Source of the DNA: Negaprion brevirostris
Taxonomy: Eukaryota
Assembly: GCA_030324005.1 (NCBI GenBank)
Contig: JARDVH010000110.1
Span: 46,592,949-46,656,948, forward strand
Direction: 5' to 3'
Length of the DNA: 64,000 nt
The position numbers and the translations under genes were made by a program. Positions 24,520 through 36,492 of the stretch are shown piece by piece; the first letter of the stretch is position 1, and each line of letters begins with the position of its first letter. The notes beneath the pieces were generated by a model that ran no database searches, had not been told where the DNA came from, and saw only the letters and a program-made list of their open reading frames with translations.

Positions 24520-24862
24520 CATGTACCATCTGCAAGATCAACTGCAGTAACTCACCAAAGTTTCTTCAACGGCGCCTCAAAAACACAAAACATCCGTCAC
24601 CTAGAAATACAAGAAGAGCAGGCACATGGCAGCCTGAAACATTCCCTCCAAGTCACACATCATCCTGACATGGAAATATACCATTGTTCCCTCAGTGTCA
24701 CTGGGTCAAGATCCTGGAACTCCCTCCCTAACAGCACTGTGGGAATACCTTCATTACATGGAGTGGAATAATTCAGGAAGGTGATTCATAACAACATTTT
24801 CAAAGGCAATTAGGGATGGGTAATAAATGCTGGCTTTGCAGTGCCGCCCACATCCCATAAAT
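24520..24862 (+). mobile_element. LINE 3' end (CR1/L2 group)
   Basis: SLSVTGSRSWNSLPNSTVG; tail GGCAATTAGGGATGGGTAATAAATGCTGGC; further tail copy at about 17415-17490. Confidence 0.8.
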
Positions 24863-25713
24863 GCCTTTTACAATAATTGCTCAGTTTGCTAATTATCGCC
24901 AAAACATCAAGACACATCTCATCTCTTGTACATGCTGTGCCACTGTGTGGGAAGCATTTACCTTTGCTGGCAAGAAAGCAAAGGAAAGTAAAGGCACGAT
25001 GACGTAATTGAGGTGTCTCAACATGATTATATCGGTTTCCATTCATGGGCAGGTCACCACAATTCACAAAAAAGCAGACAACTCTCGGGATTCTCAAAGG
25101 GAAGCTTCATATAGACGTTCTTCCATCAATAAAGTTAAAGACATTTACTGGGCAATTTAGAGGTAGGGTTGATCATGTGTGCAATCCTTTTAGATCTGAC
25201 CTTGTGTCTTTGATTCTGAGGGGAAGTACTAAATTTGCAAAATGGGTTAACCTTTATCAAGTACTTTGCAAGCGAGTACACATAACACTGATTGGATTGC
25301 TCCTGTATATTGGCTATATGAGATCCTCATATAAATCCAGTAACTTGGCAAGGTGTAATCTCCTGCTTGTAAATCCACATGACCTTTCATTAACCACATT
25401 TATCTTTGATCGTATCTGCATTATGATTCAAAATAATAATCTTTAGTATTTTATTGATACCAATGTTTGACGAAGCAAACCATAATACCAAACCTTAGAA
25501 TTAATCCTTTATTTAAATTAAAGTACAATTTTTTTTTAATAAGCTACAATAGCCTCATATCGCGTTATAAAGCTTGGCTTCTGACTAGCTGAAGTAATAA
25601 CTTTGTCATTTTGAGTATGGAATAAAAACAAATTTAATATTTTAAATACAACATCATTTTATTCTAGCCTGATTAGCAATACCCCACTTTTATTTTGGGA
25701 GCACCCAGTCAAT

Positions 25714-26012
25714 GGATGGCACAGTGGCACATTGGTTAGCATTGCTGCCTCACAGTGCCAGGGACCCAGGGATTTCTGGCTTGGCTATGTGGAGTCTGCA
25801 CATTCTCCATGTGTCCATGTGGGTTTCCTCTGGATGCTCTGGTTTCCTCCCACAATTCAAAAGACATGCTGGTTAGGTGCATTGGCCATGCTAAATTCTC
25901 CCTCAGTGTACCTGAACAGGTGCCAGGGTGTGGCAACAAGGGGATTTTCACAGTAACTTCATTGCAGTGTTAATGCAGCCTACTTGTGACACTAATAAAT
26001 GAACTTTAAACT
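25714..26012 (+). mobile_element. Full-length V-SINE, tail type B
   Basis: Ends CAGTAACTTCATTGCAGTGTTAATGCAGCCTACTTGTGACACTAATAAATGAACTTT. Confidence 0.9.
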
Positions 26013-26346
26013 TAATTAAGTTTAAATTGTGAGTTAGTAGTGATAAATTAGATCAGTTCAAACCAAATCCTCCTTCACTTCATCCCATGTATGTAAGCTA
26101 AATGTAGGAACAAACTCCAGCACATTTTCAAATCACTAAGGGCTTCGGAAAATAATAAAATGATTTATGCGTGCATTTTGCTATTTCCCAAAAGGAAAGC
26201 TTTTGGTCATATGGACTCAAAACGGCAACTCAGTTTCTCTCTCCAAAGATACTGCTGAGTATTTCCAGCATTTTCTGTTTATATTTTTGCAATTTCCTTT
26301 TCCTTTCAGGGTTCCCAGAAGTCTGTTTAATGTCAGCCAATAAACT

Positions 26347-26650
26347 TAGAATCATAGAATCCCTACTGTGCAGAAGGAGGCCATTTGGCCCATCAAACCT
26401 TCACTGACAATAATCCCACCCAAGCCCTATCCCCGTAACTCCACATATTTATCCTGCTAATCCCTTTGACACTAAGAGCAGTATTTCACAGCCTCATTCA
26501 TCTTGAAACTGTAAAATACTGCTCAAAGTCAATGGACCTTTCCATAGTGGGACCCTCACCCGCTCCAATTCTCATGGCGGGTGGGACAGTAAAATTCCAG
26601 CCCAAGGGTCAATTTAGCATGACCAATCAACCTAACCCACACATCTTTAG
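26347..26650 (-). mobile_element. HE1-type SINE 3' half (tail A) with a nested MITE
   Basis: CATAGAATCCCTACTGTGCAGAAGGAGGCCATTTGGCCCATC is the reverse complement of tail A. Confidence 0.8.
26476..26602. mobile_element. Harbinger-type MITE (same family as 50700-50824, opposite orientation)
   Basis: Right TIR GTAAAATTCCAGCC; interrupts the SINE motif ACACTAAGGGTCAATTTAGCAT; flanks TAA / CAA. Confidence 0.75.
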
Positions 26651-26869
26651 AGTAAACTTATTAGGGTTATTGGTGTTTCCCCATTTAGAAAGTGAAGCTA
26701 ATTTAGAAGGTAACTTTGATCCAGTGGAAACAGTTAACAGTTCAGAGAAATGTGGTAATATCCAAAAAATAAAAATATGGAATATTTCATTCAGAAATGA
26801 CACAGGTGTGACCCTGGAAATTATGAGTTGGTTAGACAGCCATCAATTGCAATAAAAAGCTAAAGATTA

Positions 26870-27370
26870 TTTTGAGACACATGACCCATATGTCTGAGCC
26901 AAAGCAAATATAATTCATGAAAGGTGATATGGATTTATGGGCAGATGATTTTACCTTGCCAATTTACTAGATTCTTCTGAGGACGTTAAAATGTCAGGAG
27001 ACAGAAGCAATCCAGTAAATGGTATAAAGGCACCTGACAAAGTTGTTCTGACTGCAGAGAGATGAAGGTTCACAGAATTGGTGACATGAGTAGAAAACTG
27101 ACTTGACAATAGGAAAATAGTACAACTGTAAATGGATATCGACAGACATGCAGCGAAGCAGTAGGACTCCCCGGGGATTATTGCTCTAGTTGATACTGTT
27201 CACAATCTGCACAACTGACCTTGATGAGATCAGAGGCAGAATTATAATGTTTGCCATTGACACAAGTATGCGTGGGAGGGGGAAATGTGTAGCAGAGGCA
27301 GATACTCGTTCAGCAGGATCTGGAGAACCTCAGCAGTTGTACTAATGAATGGCAACTGGCATTTAAAGAG
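26870..27370 (+). mobile_element. Highly decayed CR1 RT fragment
   Basis: Remnants of CLTNLL.FFE, KAFDKV, GLPRG.LL and FA.DT motifs. Confidence 0.6.
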
Positions 27371-30300
27371 GGAGTTGAACCATTAGTATCCCTTTTAAAA
27401 AAATACAATGGTTACAAAGAACTATGATTCATTTTAACATCCTTTAGTTTATTTCTGTCCATTTCTGTTTATTTCTAGAACTTTTCTGTTTAAATAGTGA
27501 GTTCTGATAAGATTGTCGAGGGAACTAACTAGGGGCAATTACTCAGCCCAACAGTGTAAGGAAACTGGATTAACACACAGTTTAAATGGTATGCTCAGCA
27601 AAGGATCCAGGGTTAATGATTGTATCCCTGCTGATGTTAATTCTACTCCCTAAATACTGGTAACTCCTCCAAACCAGGTCTATGAGTGAAATCTTCAGTG
27701 TTGTGTGCATTAGCAGAAATATTTAAAACGTTAACAGAAGCAGGTACAAAGAAACAAAAAGGACATAAAATTAATTAGAATTCTTTGTAAATATTGCTTT
27801 TTAAAAGAGTGCTGAGGGTGAGTGTACCTTTTAAAGGGGTGTTAACTTCATAGAAGACTGTCTGGCAAGCCTTCATTTGTTTACAAACATACAATGCACC
27901 AGTGTAAATCTTTTGAAAATGTGTCACTATGTAACCTATATCTAATGTTACAGTTATAGAAATGGCACACAATATTTGTGACTTACTTCCCTCCTAAGCA
28001 AAGGATTAGCCAAATCAACCAATCACCAGCACAATATTTCTTTGTTTAAATACCCATAATTACTTTAAGATTAAAAAAAAAGGTTTTATTAGAAAACAAA
28101 TTATTGTAGAAATGAAGACATTTGAGGTATATTTTCCACCATAAAAAAATGTTAGTAACCCTACCTCCAGCAGATTTTAACACCCCTCAATTAAATTGAA
28201 GGCCCCTTTATGAATTTTCCTGCAGTTGATGTAGTGAAACTTTAGTTCTCAGGGAAGAATTGTTATTTGTTTAATATTGCCATTTAACTGCCAAAAAATT
28301 CAATAATCCAACCTTGGATTGCACCTGAGAAAATTAGTCCACAGAAATGGAGAATTCCAATTTATCCATAATGTTCAATCTTTGCAAATAGACAATCTCA
28401 ATCATGGAAGGTTGCTGCCTCTACTGGAAATTAAACATTCCACAGCTAACTTTAAAACAGATTTATATCATTTTCTGCATTGAATTGTATGATTGCCATA
28501 CCTGGAAATTACAGTTGTGTCATATGAATATGTCCAGAAATATAAAAGTGTAAGGGTTACTATGTGAACAATTTCAGTAATTTAGTTTTCATACAAGGAT
28601 TAATGTTCAATGCATAAATCATATTTAAATATCTAAACTCAGATAATTATGGGTCCTGTATTCTCTCCTGTATTCCAGAGTTGATTTAACTCTGGAATCA
28701 TGTAATAATGCGGCATTATTATGGTTATTGACAGTCGTACAACAGCCAACACAAATTCATAACTCAGACTTGCTGTGTTTATTTATATCAATTTATTCAG
28801 AATTTGGGTATTAAATTAATTATTACTAATGTTTTCAACTGCAGGTTTTATTGCATCCATGGCATCACCACAGCAATTGCCTCACTATAGTTGGAGTTTG
28901 TGTTGGTACCATCAGGCTCATATAGTCACCTCTTTTGCTGTACCTCCTATATCAAAGTGAGCAATATTATTCATGCTTACTTCTCTGGCATCACCTGAAT
29001 TTCCCCTCTAATATAAACTGCTGCCTTTGGAGTATTGTTCTCTCAATGGATTGGAGAATCCACGTGCTAGTATCCTGCTCTAATTTGGAGGAACCGCTCC
29101 CGTCACAAAGTGTAGTGTAGTTTCCCCCATGAGCTGTCATTGCAGATGAATCTACACTATAGGCCATAATTACAAGATCAAGGCTAATTAAGCACCAACT
29201 GTGGTAACAATGCTAAACTTGCTTTTATTGGAAAGAAGCAGACTGTTGTGTGTTTGTGAATGTTTTATTGATTGATGCTGTTTAGTGAATGTGAAATTTG
29301 AGCCTGCCAACGTTGCATGGCATACGAATCTCAGATACCTTATCACACACTATGATTATATTGGACATGTGCCAGGGACAAAACTTTTAATTATATAGAT
29401 AGGGTAGAGAATGTAATCTTATTTTATACAATATAAAGTGTTACATAATTTGTTTTAAAGATACTGAATGTTAATTTATCATTAGTCATATTGTTACATT
29501 AATTTCATACTTTGTCAAGAAAATGCTATGGGTATCATTTTGATGACATTATTTTGATTTGATAATAAATAGATTCATAATTCTGATCAGTTTTATTCTA
29601 TTCTTATTTTGTTTTAAAAGATATATTTTACATGTTTGATAATGTTACCGAAATAATAGTGTAAAATTTGAATGTATCTAACATGTTTTTTTTTAAATTG
29701 CATTCAGCGCTATAAGGAAGTCAATTCTGTAAAATGTAAATTGTGTTCACCTTTTGGCTAACGACAATAACAAGTTCTCCCAGGTCAGGTATAGCAATGG
29801 TTAGATTCAAACCAGGCACATGACAACTTTGATGTAAACTTCACCTATAACATTATTTTAAAGATACCTTGCCAAAGCATAATATGGATTAAATATGCAA
29901 GCTTTCTCCAACTATCCTATTATTTTACTTACAGAGTATATGTTCAATGCAAGGTAAAGTTCTTGCTGTTCCGTGCCAACTTTCGAAAAGCATCTTCTAC
30001 TGCACCACTGCCAACTTCCAACTTTCTACACCAATCATACTGTAGTGTCTCTGTATGGAATTATTGTTAATGAGAACTCATGCTGAAAATGAACAAGTTT
30101 ATGCTGTGAACCCATTGGGCAGAATTTCCCCAGGCTGTTGGAGATGGATTCAGGTGTGGGCCAAGTGGGAAAGTCCTGCAGCAGGTTGTTGAGTCAGAAT
30201 CCTGCTTTCTTGTGGCTTTCCCCAGGGTGCCTTGTGAGTCCAGCAAGGAACCCACATGGGCTTCTTTGAGCATTGGGATTCCTCTTTGCCAACAGTGCAT

Positions 30301-30784
30301 CGGTTACATATTGTATCAAATGTACAGCTGGAACTAAGTGTGGGGTGAAAAAGACAATGATGTGAGTAGTATAAACAGTGAAGCCAACAAACCTGTGGCC
30401 AGCCACAGGGAAAGCCTTGCATTGACAAAAGCATTTCCTTCAGTCTAAACCCATTAGGAGCAGCGGTTTTGTGCAGCTTATGCAAGTGCCTTTGACCCCT
30501 GAAAGAATTGATTTCACCTTATTGCCCATGATGTTCCCAGTGACATTGGGTCCACAAGTTCTGAAATTGGTTGCACCTCTGAGGAGAGGTATATTGTCCT
30601 CCAGCTAAGCAGCCACAGCAACAGAGGCAGCAACACCAATAAAAGCAGTAGCTGCTGCCTTCCCCATAGCGACATGCAGCTAAACAGAACAAAAGGGATG
30701 GACACAGGGGCAGCATTCATTGGTGGCTTGTCGTGTCTGATTCTTCATGTGGTTTACCATTTGTTCAATGGAGGTGTCCATCAG

Positions 30785-30880
30785 AAGAAATGGAGGAGCC
30801 CAGCTCTCACATAAGCAGCATGATGTGGAGTGTGTGAGACATTGTGCTGTTTATGTGAGAGCCGGGCTCCTCCATTTCTT
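30785..30880. repeat. Inverted repeat with 42-bp arms and a 12-nt loop
   Basis: AAGAAATGGAGGAGCCCAGCTCTCACATAAGCAGCATGATGT versus the reverse complement of 30839-30880: 4 differences. Confidence 0.95.
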
Positions 30881-31280
30881 GTGCAAGGCTCCACACTGCT
30901 TCTCGAATTTCTGACAGATGCGCACTCATTTTCATTACCATTGCACAATTACTCATTTAATGGATGAGAGTCAGATCTGTGTCCACCTGAGCAGAGCCTT
31001 GAGTGTCCTGCACCCTCTGAGAGGGAGTCTCCACCTCTCTCCCTGTCTCCAGAAACTGCTCTTCCTCACACGGGATGTGGGCCTCACTATTTACTACCCA
31101 GCCTAACTGAGAGGCCGGACTCACAAAGGTGTACCGCTGTATAGCACCTATAAGAATTATGTAATAGCGCGCCCTCCGAGTGCTCTGGGGAATCCGTGAA
31201 CTTCTCCTTCATCTCCTGCCCCAAGTCCTGCAAAGCACCAGTAGTTGATGAAAGATATGAGTTACGCTGAGTGCAGATTA

Positions 31281-31360
31281 TACAAGGTGAGGGGGGAGAG
31301 GTACAACACAGATATTAGAGGGAGGTTTTTCACACAGAGGGTAGTGGGGGTATGGAATGC
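31281..31360 (+). mobile_element. CR1 fragment running into a gap
   Basis: YKVRGERYNTDIRGRFFTQRVVGVWN. Confidence 0.85.
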
Positions 31361-33756
31361 NNNNNNNNNNNNNNNNNNNNNNNNNNNNNNNNNNNNNNNN
31401 NNNNNNNNNNNNNNNNNNNNNNNNNNNNNNNNNNNNNNNNNNNNNNNNNNNNNNNNNNNNNNNNNNNNNNNNNNNNNNNNNNNNNNNNNNNNNNNNNNNN
31501 NNNNNNNNNNNNNNNNNNNNNNNNNNNNNNNNNNNNNNNNNNNNNNNNNNNNNNNNNNNNNNNNNNNNNNNNNNNNNNNNNNNNNNNNNNNNNNNNNNNN
31601 NNNNNNNNNNNNNNNNNNNNNNNNNNNNNNNNNNNNNNNNNNNNNNNNNNNNNNNNNNNNNNNNNNNNNNNNNNNNNNNNNNNNNNNNNNNNNNNNNNNN
31701 NNNNNNNNNNNNNNNNNNNNNNNNNNNNNNNNNNNNNNNNNNNNNNNNNNNNNNNNNNNNNNNNNNNNNNNNNNNNNNNNNNNNNNNNNNNNNNNNNNNN
31801 NNNNNNNNNNNNNNNNNNNNNNNNNNNNNNNNNNNNNNNNNNNNNNNNNNNNNNNNNNNNNNNNNNNNNNNNNNNNNNNNNNNNNNNNNNNNNNNNNNNN
31901 NNNNNNNNNNNNNNNNNNNNNNNNNNNNNNNNNNNNNNNNNNNNNNNNNNNNNNNNNNNNNNNNNNNNNNNNNNNNNNNNNNNNNNNNNNNNNNNNNNNN
32001 NNNNNNNNNNNNNNNNNNNNNNNNNNNNNNNNNNNNNNNNNNNNNNNNNNNNNNNNNNNNNNNNNNNNNNNNNNNNNNNNNNNNNNNNNNNNNNNNNNNN
32101 NNNNNNNNNNNNNNNNNNNNNNNNNNNNNNNNNNNNNNNNNNNNNNNNNNNNNNNNNNNNNNNNNNNNNNNNNNNNNNNNNNNNNNNNNNNNNNNNNNNN
32201 NNNNNNNNNNNNNNNNNNNNNNNNTCGAACCAACATCCAAGAGCAACCCTCACACGACACATCACGTCTATGCCCCTTGTTAGTCAACAAGGCGAACCAA
32301 ATCGCCTGTGGATGGAAAAAGGAGACATCAAGAGACAAGTCTCCACAACAGGATGAGCCTTTCCATATCTAGCATTGATTCTACAATTCTTTCTTCATTC
32401 ACATTGACTTTATCCCTCCAAACACTGCTGTCATTGTAAATCCTCTAAGAATGTCTGTAAGTAGAGATCCTTCATTGCTGATCTGTACCTCATTCCAGCC
32501 GTCCTTCCTGTTTCATCGAGAAACCAAGAGGTAAGCCAATAATTAGCTTGCTCCTGGAAAGGTCAATTACAAGACACAAAAAGTGGATATCCAACTTCCT
32601 GACCTGAAGATGGTCCCACACTTCCAGCAGAACTCATGCACTGAAATTTCAACCATTTTGCACAATCAACATGGAAAGAACATTTCTTCCCATTAACTTT
32701 GATTTACACCCAAGTCCTAGAGGTGAATGAACAATATGCTAACATCAGATCCCTCTCCATGTTACATTTATAATGATACTCGCCTAATTGGTGAACAATT
32801 GCATGTGCATGTCATAATTCCAATTGTGCAATCAGTTGAAATATTGTGGAATGTATCAATTATGTCCCCTACTGTTTTAATTCAGTTCTTTACAAGTTAA
32901 TGCGAATAAGTCATGGTCACGCTGACACTGAACCTGTTGTACAGGATATTTATGTGACTATATCCATGGTGCACAGTTCTTTCTCAACCATTCTGTATGA
33001 CCATGCCATCCTCCTCCAACACCATTCCTCATTAACCTTCTGGGTGTGACCTCCCTCACCTGGATCCATTCTTACCTATCTAGTTTTAACTGCAATGGTT
33101 TCTCTTCTCACTCCTGCATCAAAGATCTATCCTTGGCCCATTCATCTACATGCTGCCCCTCAGCAACATTATCAGGAAACATGTCAAAATTCATGTGTAC
33201 TCTGACAACATCTGGCTCCACCTCTTCACCACTTCTGCTTTGTCACACTGCTTGTGTGGCAACCAATTTTGGATTAACGTAAGTTTCCTCCACTTAATAT
33301 TAAGAAGATCAAAGTCATTGCCTTGGGTTCCAACAACAAGCTTTACTCCATAGACTGAATCCATCCCTCAATCTGACAAATGTCTGAGGTTAAACCAGAT
33401 CATTCACAACATTTGTATAATTTTTGGTCTGAAGTGAGCTTCCAGCCACATATTTGTGGCTCCATCACCAAGATGCCTACTGTCACCTCCATAACATCGC
33501 TTACCTCCTTCCTGTGTAAGCTACAGAAATGCTCAACCATGCCTTTATTACTCTAGTCTTGATTAATTCAAAGCTCTCTAGCTGGCCATGCAAGTTCCAT
33601 CTTCTATCAACAAACTCGTCTAAAACTCTCCGGCTAATATTCTTACATGCATCAAGCCCTGTACAACCATCATCCCTTGCTCACTGACCTTCATTGGCTT
33701 CTGGTCTAAGAAGGCCTTGATTTTAAGATTTTCATCTTTGTTTTCAAATCTTTACA

Positions 33757-34591
33757 GTGCACAAGGAGGCCATTTGGCTCATTAAATCTGCACCAACTCT
33801 CTGATAAAACTTCATGCCCAGGCGCACTCCACTGTTCTATCCCCACAATCCCATACATTTACCATAGCTAATCCCCTAATAAACAAATCTTGGGACACTA
33901 AGAGGCAATTTAGTATGGCCAATCCACCTAACCTGCTCATCTTTGGACTGTAAAGTGGATTTATTAGTCACAAGTAGGCTTACGTGAACACTATGATGGA
34001 GCAATTAAAATCAGGGATGAAGACGAGGCCAGAATTGGAGGAGTACAGCAATCTCAGAGGGTTGTATGGTTGGAGGGAGGTTATACAAGCAGGGAGAAGC
34101 ATTGCACTAGATAGGTGGCACAGTGGCACAGTAGTTAATACTGCTGCCTCACAATGCCTGGGACCTGGGTTCGATTCTGGCCTTGGATGAAATTACTGTG
34201 AAAATCCTCTAGTCGCCACACTCTGTGCCTCTTTGGGTGTACTGAGGGTGAATTTAGCATTGCTAATTCACCGAACCTGCACATCTTTGGACTGTGGAAG
34301 GAAACTGGAGCACCTGAAGGAAACCTACACAGACATAGGGAGAACATGCAAACGCCATACAAACAGTGACCCAAACTGGGAATTGAACCTAAGTCCCTGG
34401 CCCTGTGAGGCACCAGTGCTAACCACTGTGGCACCATGGTGATAAGTGGGAAGAAAACATAACACCCAGAAAAAACTGATGCAGACATCGGGAAAATATG
34501 CAAACTCCATACAGTCATCCAAGGCCAGAATCAAACCCAGGTCCCTGGCATTGTGAGGCAGCAGTATTAACTACTATGCCACTGTGCCACC
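33757..34591 (-). mobile_element. Stack of three V-SINE pieces (tail A 33757-33950; tail B 33951-34437; head 34445-34591)
   Basis: Matches the other SINE copies in the window. Confidence 0.8.
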
Positions 34592-34712
34592 TATCTAGTG
34601 CAATGCTTCTGCCTATTTGTATAACCTCCCTCCAACCATACAACCCTCTGAGATCGCTGTACTCCTCCAATTCTGGCCTCTTGTTCATCCCTGATTTTAA
34701 TTGCTCCATCAT
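33993..34712. repeat. 198-bp inverted duplication (33993-34190 versus 34515-34712)
   Basis: Arms are near-identical reverse complements spanning an L2/SINE junction. Confidence 0.95.
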
Positions 34713-34723
34713 TGGCCAACTGT

Positions 34724-34826
34724 GGGCGGAATTTTATGGCCTTGTTTGGGTGAGACCAAAGATTCCTACCTCAGTCAATGTCAGAACCTCGCCCATGCTG
34801 ATGAGTGACGTGGTAGAGTTCCGGCC
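34724..34826. mobile_element. Harbinger-type MITE inserted in L2
   Basis: TIRs GGGCGGAATTTTAT / GTAGAGTTCCGGCC. Confidence 0.75.
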
Positions 34827-34954
34827 CACATCTTCAGCCACCTAGACCCTTTTGAACTCCCTCCCTAAACTTCTTCCCCTTTAAGGCACTCCTTAAACCT
34901 ATTTGATCAAGCTTTTGAGCATTTGTTCTAGTACTTAACTATATTTGTTCTCAT

Positions 34955-35262
34955 GCAGGGAAATACAGGCAGCCAATTTACATTGCAAATTCAGCACGTG
35001 CAGAAAATCTTTTTTGAGGGGGTGATGATAATTGAAAAATATATATGGATCAGGCCACCAAGAAATGTCCCAAATCTTCTTCAGACAATGGCATAAGTAA
35101 GGTCCCATTTTAAACATCTCACTTAAAGGTGACACTTAAACCAGGACAGCATTCCCTTAGTACTCCACTGGAGTGCCAGTTTGGATTATGTGTTCCAGTC
35201 TCTGGAGTGCAGTGTGAATCTTCTGACTCAGAGGCAAGCGTGCCACCGCTGAGCCAAGACTG
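34955..35262 (-). mobile_element. DeuSINE (SacSINE1-like)
   Basis: CTTCTGACTCAGAGGCAAGCGTGCCACCGCTGAGCC is the reverse complement of the head; homologous to 18027-18390. Confidence 0.7.
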
Positions 35263-35264
35263 GC

Positions 35265-35596
35265 AGAATGGCTAGTACTGCTTCCTAACAGTGCCAGGGA
35301 CCTGGGTTCAATTTCAACAATTTGCAGTGTTGATGGTAGATCAACTCTGACTTCAGACATCTGTGAGGAGTTTTCACATTCTCCCTGTATTTGTGTGGGT
35401 TTCCTCGGGGTGCACCGGTTTCCTCCCACACTCCAAATCTGTGAGGTGGATCGGCCATGCTAAATTGCCCTTTCGTGTCGGGGAATTAGCAGGATAAATA
35501 CGTGGGGTTAGGGGAATCGGGCCTGGGTGGGATTGTTGTCCGTGCAAGCTCAAATGGGCCGACTGGCTTCCTTCTGCACTGTAGGGATCCTATGAC
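35265..35596 (+). mobile_element. HE1-type V-SINE, tail A
   Basis: Ends GGGCCGACTGGCTTCCTTCTGCACTGTAGGGATCCTATGA. Confidence 0.85.
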
Positions 35597-36191
35597 ACTG
35601 AACTAACTCTCTACACCATACAAAGTATTTACATATACACTTCATATAATTACATTTATACTCAAAATAGAATAAAATGCTATAATTGATTTTGATGTTT
35701 ATATAACATGAAGTCTATGGTTATATAGTAGCTGAGCAAACTGTCTAGTGTGCAACTCAGTCAACAACATAACTTCTGCAGCAGACTAAAAAATTACACT
35801 CGGACCACTTTGGAGAGTAAAGTTGTGTGTGTGTTTCCACATGTGCACAGAGCTCCATTCTCTCTACCAGTACAATCTTGAAGTTTTACGAACTCAAAGC
35901 AGAAATGTTCACTTCATAAAAACGAATAGGCAGTAAGTTTCGAAAATGTACTAGAGGCCCAATGGAATACTTGGGGTATTTTGAAACCTACCTGCATATC
36001 TTTAGAACTATACTTCGCTGAGTCTGAAACCCAAACCTTGCTACTGACCGTCGTACTCCCCATTTCTGCAGTCAAGTTAGGATCTGACCCCAGGATTAAA
36101 TTGTCACTTTTAAGAAGCTGAAATGGCTGTATCGGTTGCAGCCAAATAACACGTTAAATGTGTTCAGTGGCTAATGGGATGAAGGTATAAA

Positions 36192-36492
36192 GGGGTGGCA
36201 CNNNNNAAGAACTGCTCTCTCACAGTGCCAGAGAACCAGGTTCGATTCCAAGATTGGGTCGCTGTCTGTGTGGAGTTTGCACGTTCTCTGCGTGGGTTTC
36301 CTTCAGGTGCTCTGATTTCCTCCCACAGCCTGAAAGACTGGTTAGGTGCATTGACCGGAACAGGTACCAAAGTATGGCAACTAGGGGAATTTCATTGCCC
36401 TTTATACCTGTATCAGTTGCAGCCAAATAACACGTTAAATGTGTTCAGTGGCTAAGGGGTGGCACTTTCTTGTGACTAATAGACTTTACTTT
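36192..36492 (+). mobile_element. V-SINE, tail B, with a templated insertion in the tail
   Basis: Head and core; tail interrupted at 36399-36465 by copies of the upstream flank. Confidence 0.85.

Larger units (their letters stand above)
20287..24520. mobile_element. PIF/Harbinger transposon relic B (best preserved)
   Basis: Transposase on + and multi-exon Myb/SANT gene on -, convergent; left end resembles the family TIR. Confidence 0.9.
30748..32403. mobile_element. Unclassified TG...CA element, copy 2 (possible solo LTR), with nested CR1 and a gap
   Basis: TGTGG..CATTCACA termini; flanks TTCA / TTGA; homology to 2605-3300; TATAAGAA at about 31149. Confidence 0.6.
30117..32654. mobile_element. 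Internally deleted Harbinger derivative D hosting nested insertions
   Basis: Left TIR GGGCAGAATTTCCC at 30117; TIR-like TGAAATTTCAACC at the right end. Confidence 0.55.
32990..34935 (+). mobile_element. L2 LINE 3' portion, interrupted by SINEs (33757-34591) and a MITE
   Basis: Decayed L2 RT and C-terminal motifs (H.Y.D.I.L, HAFITL.LD, LQPYNPLRSL.SSNSGLL.IP). Confidence 0.8.

Noticed and set aside
31245-32372. Long ORFs of 300-375 aa (similar cases at 8266-8919 and 56783-57388)
   Set aside because: They are read-through of N gaps, not coding sequence.
30748-32403. Helitron or parvoviral interpretation of the hairpin element
   Set aside because: No consistent TC 5' end or CTRR 3' end in both copies and no Rep/NS1 remnants; TG...CA termini fit an LTR better.
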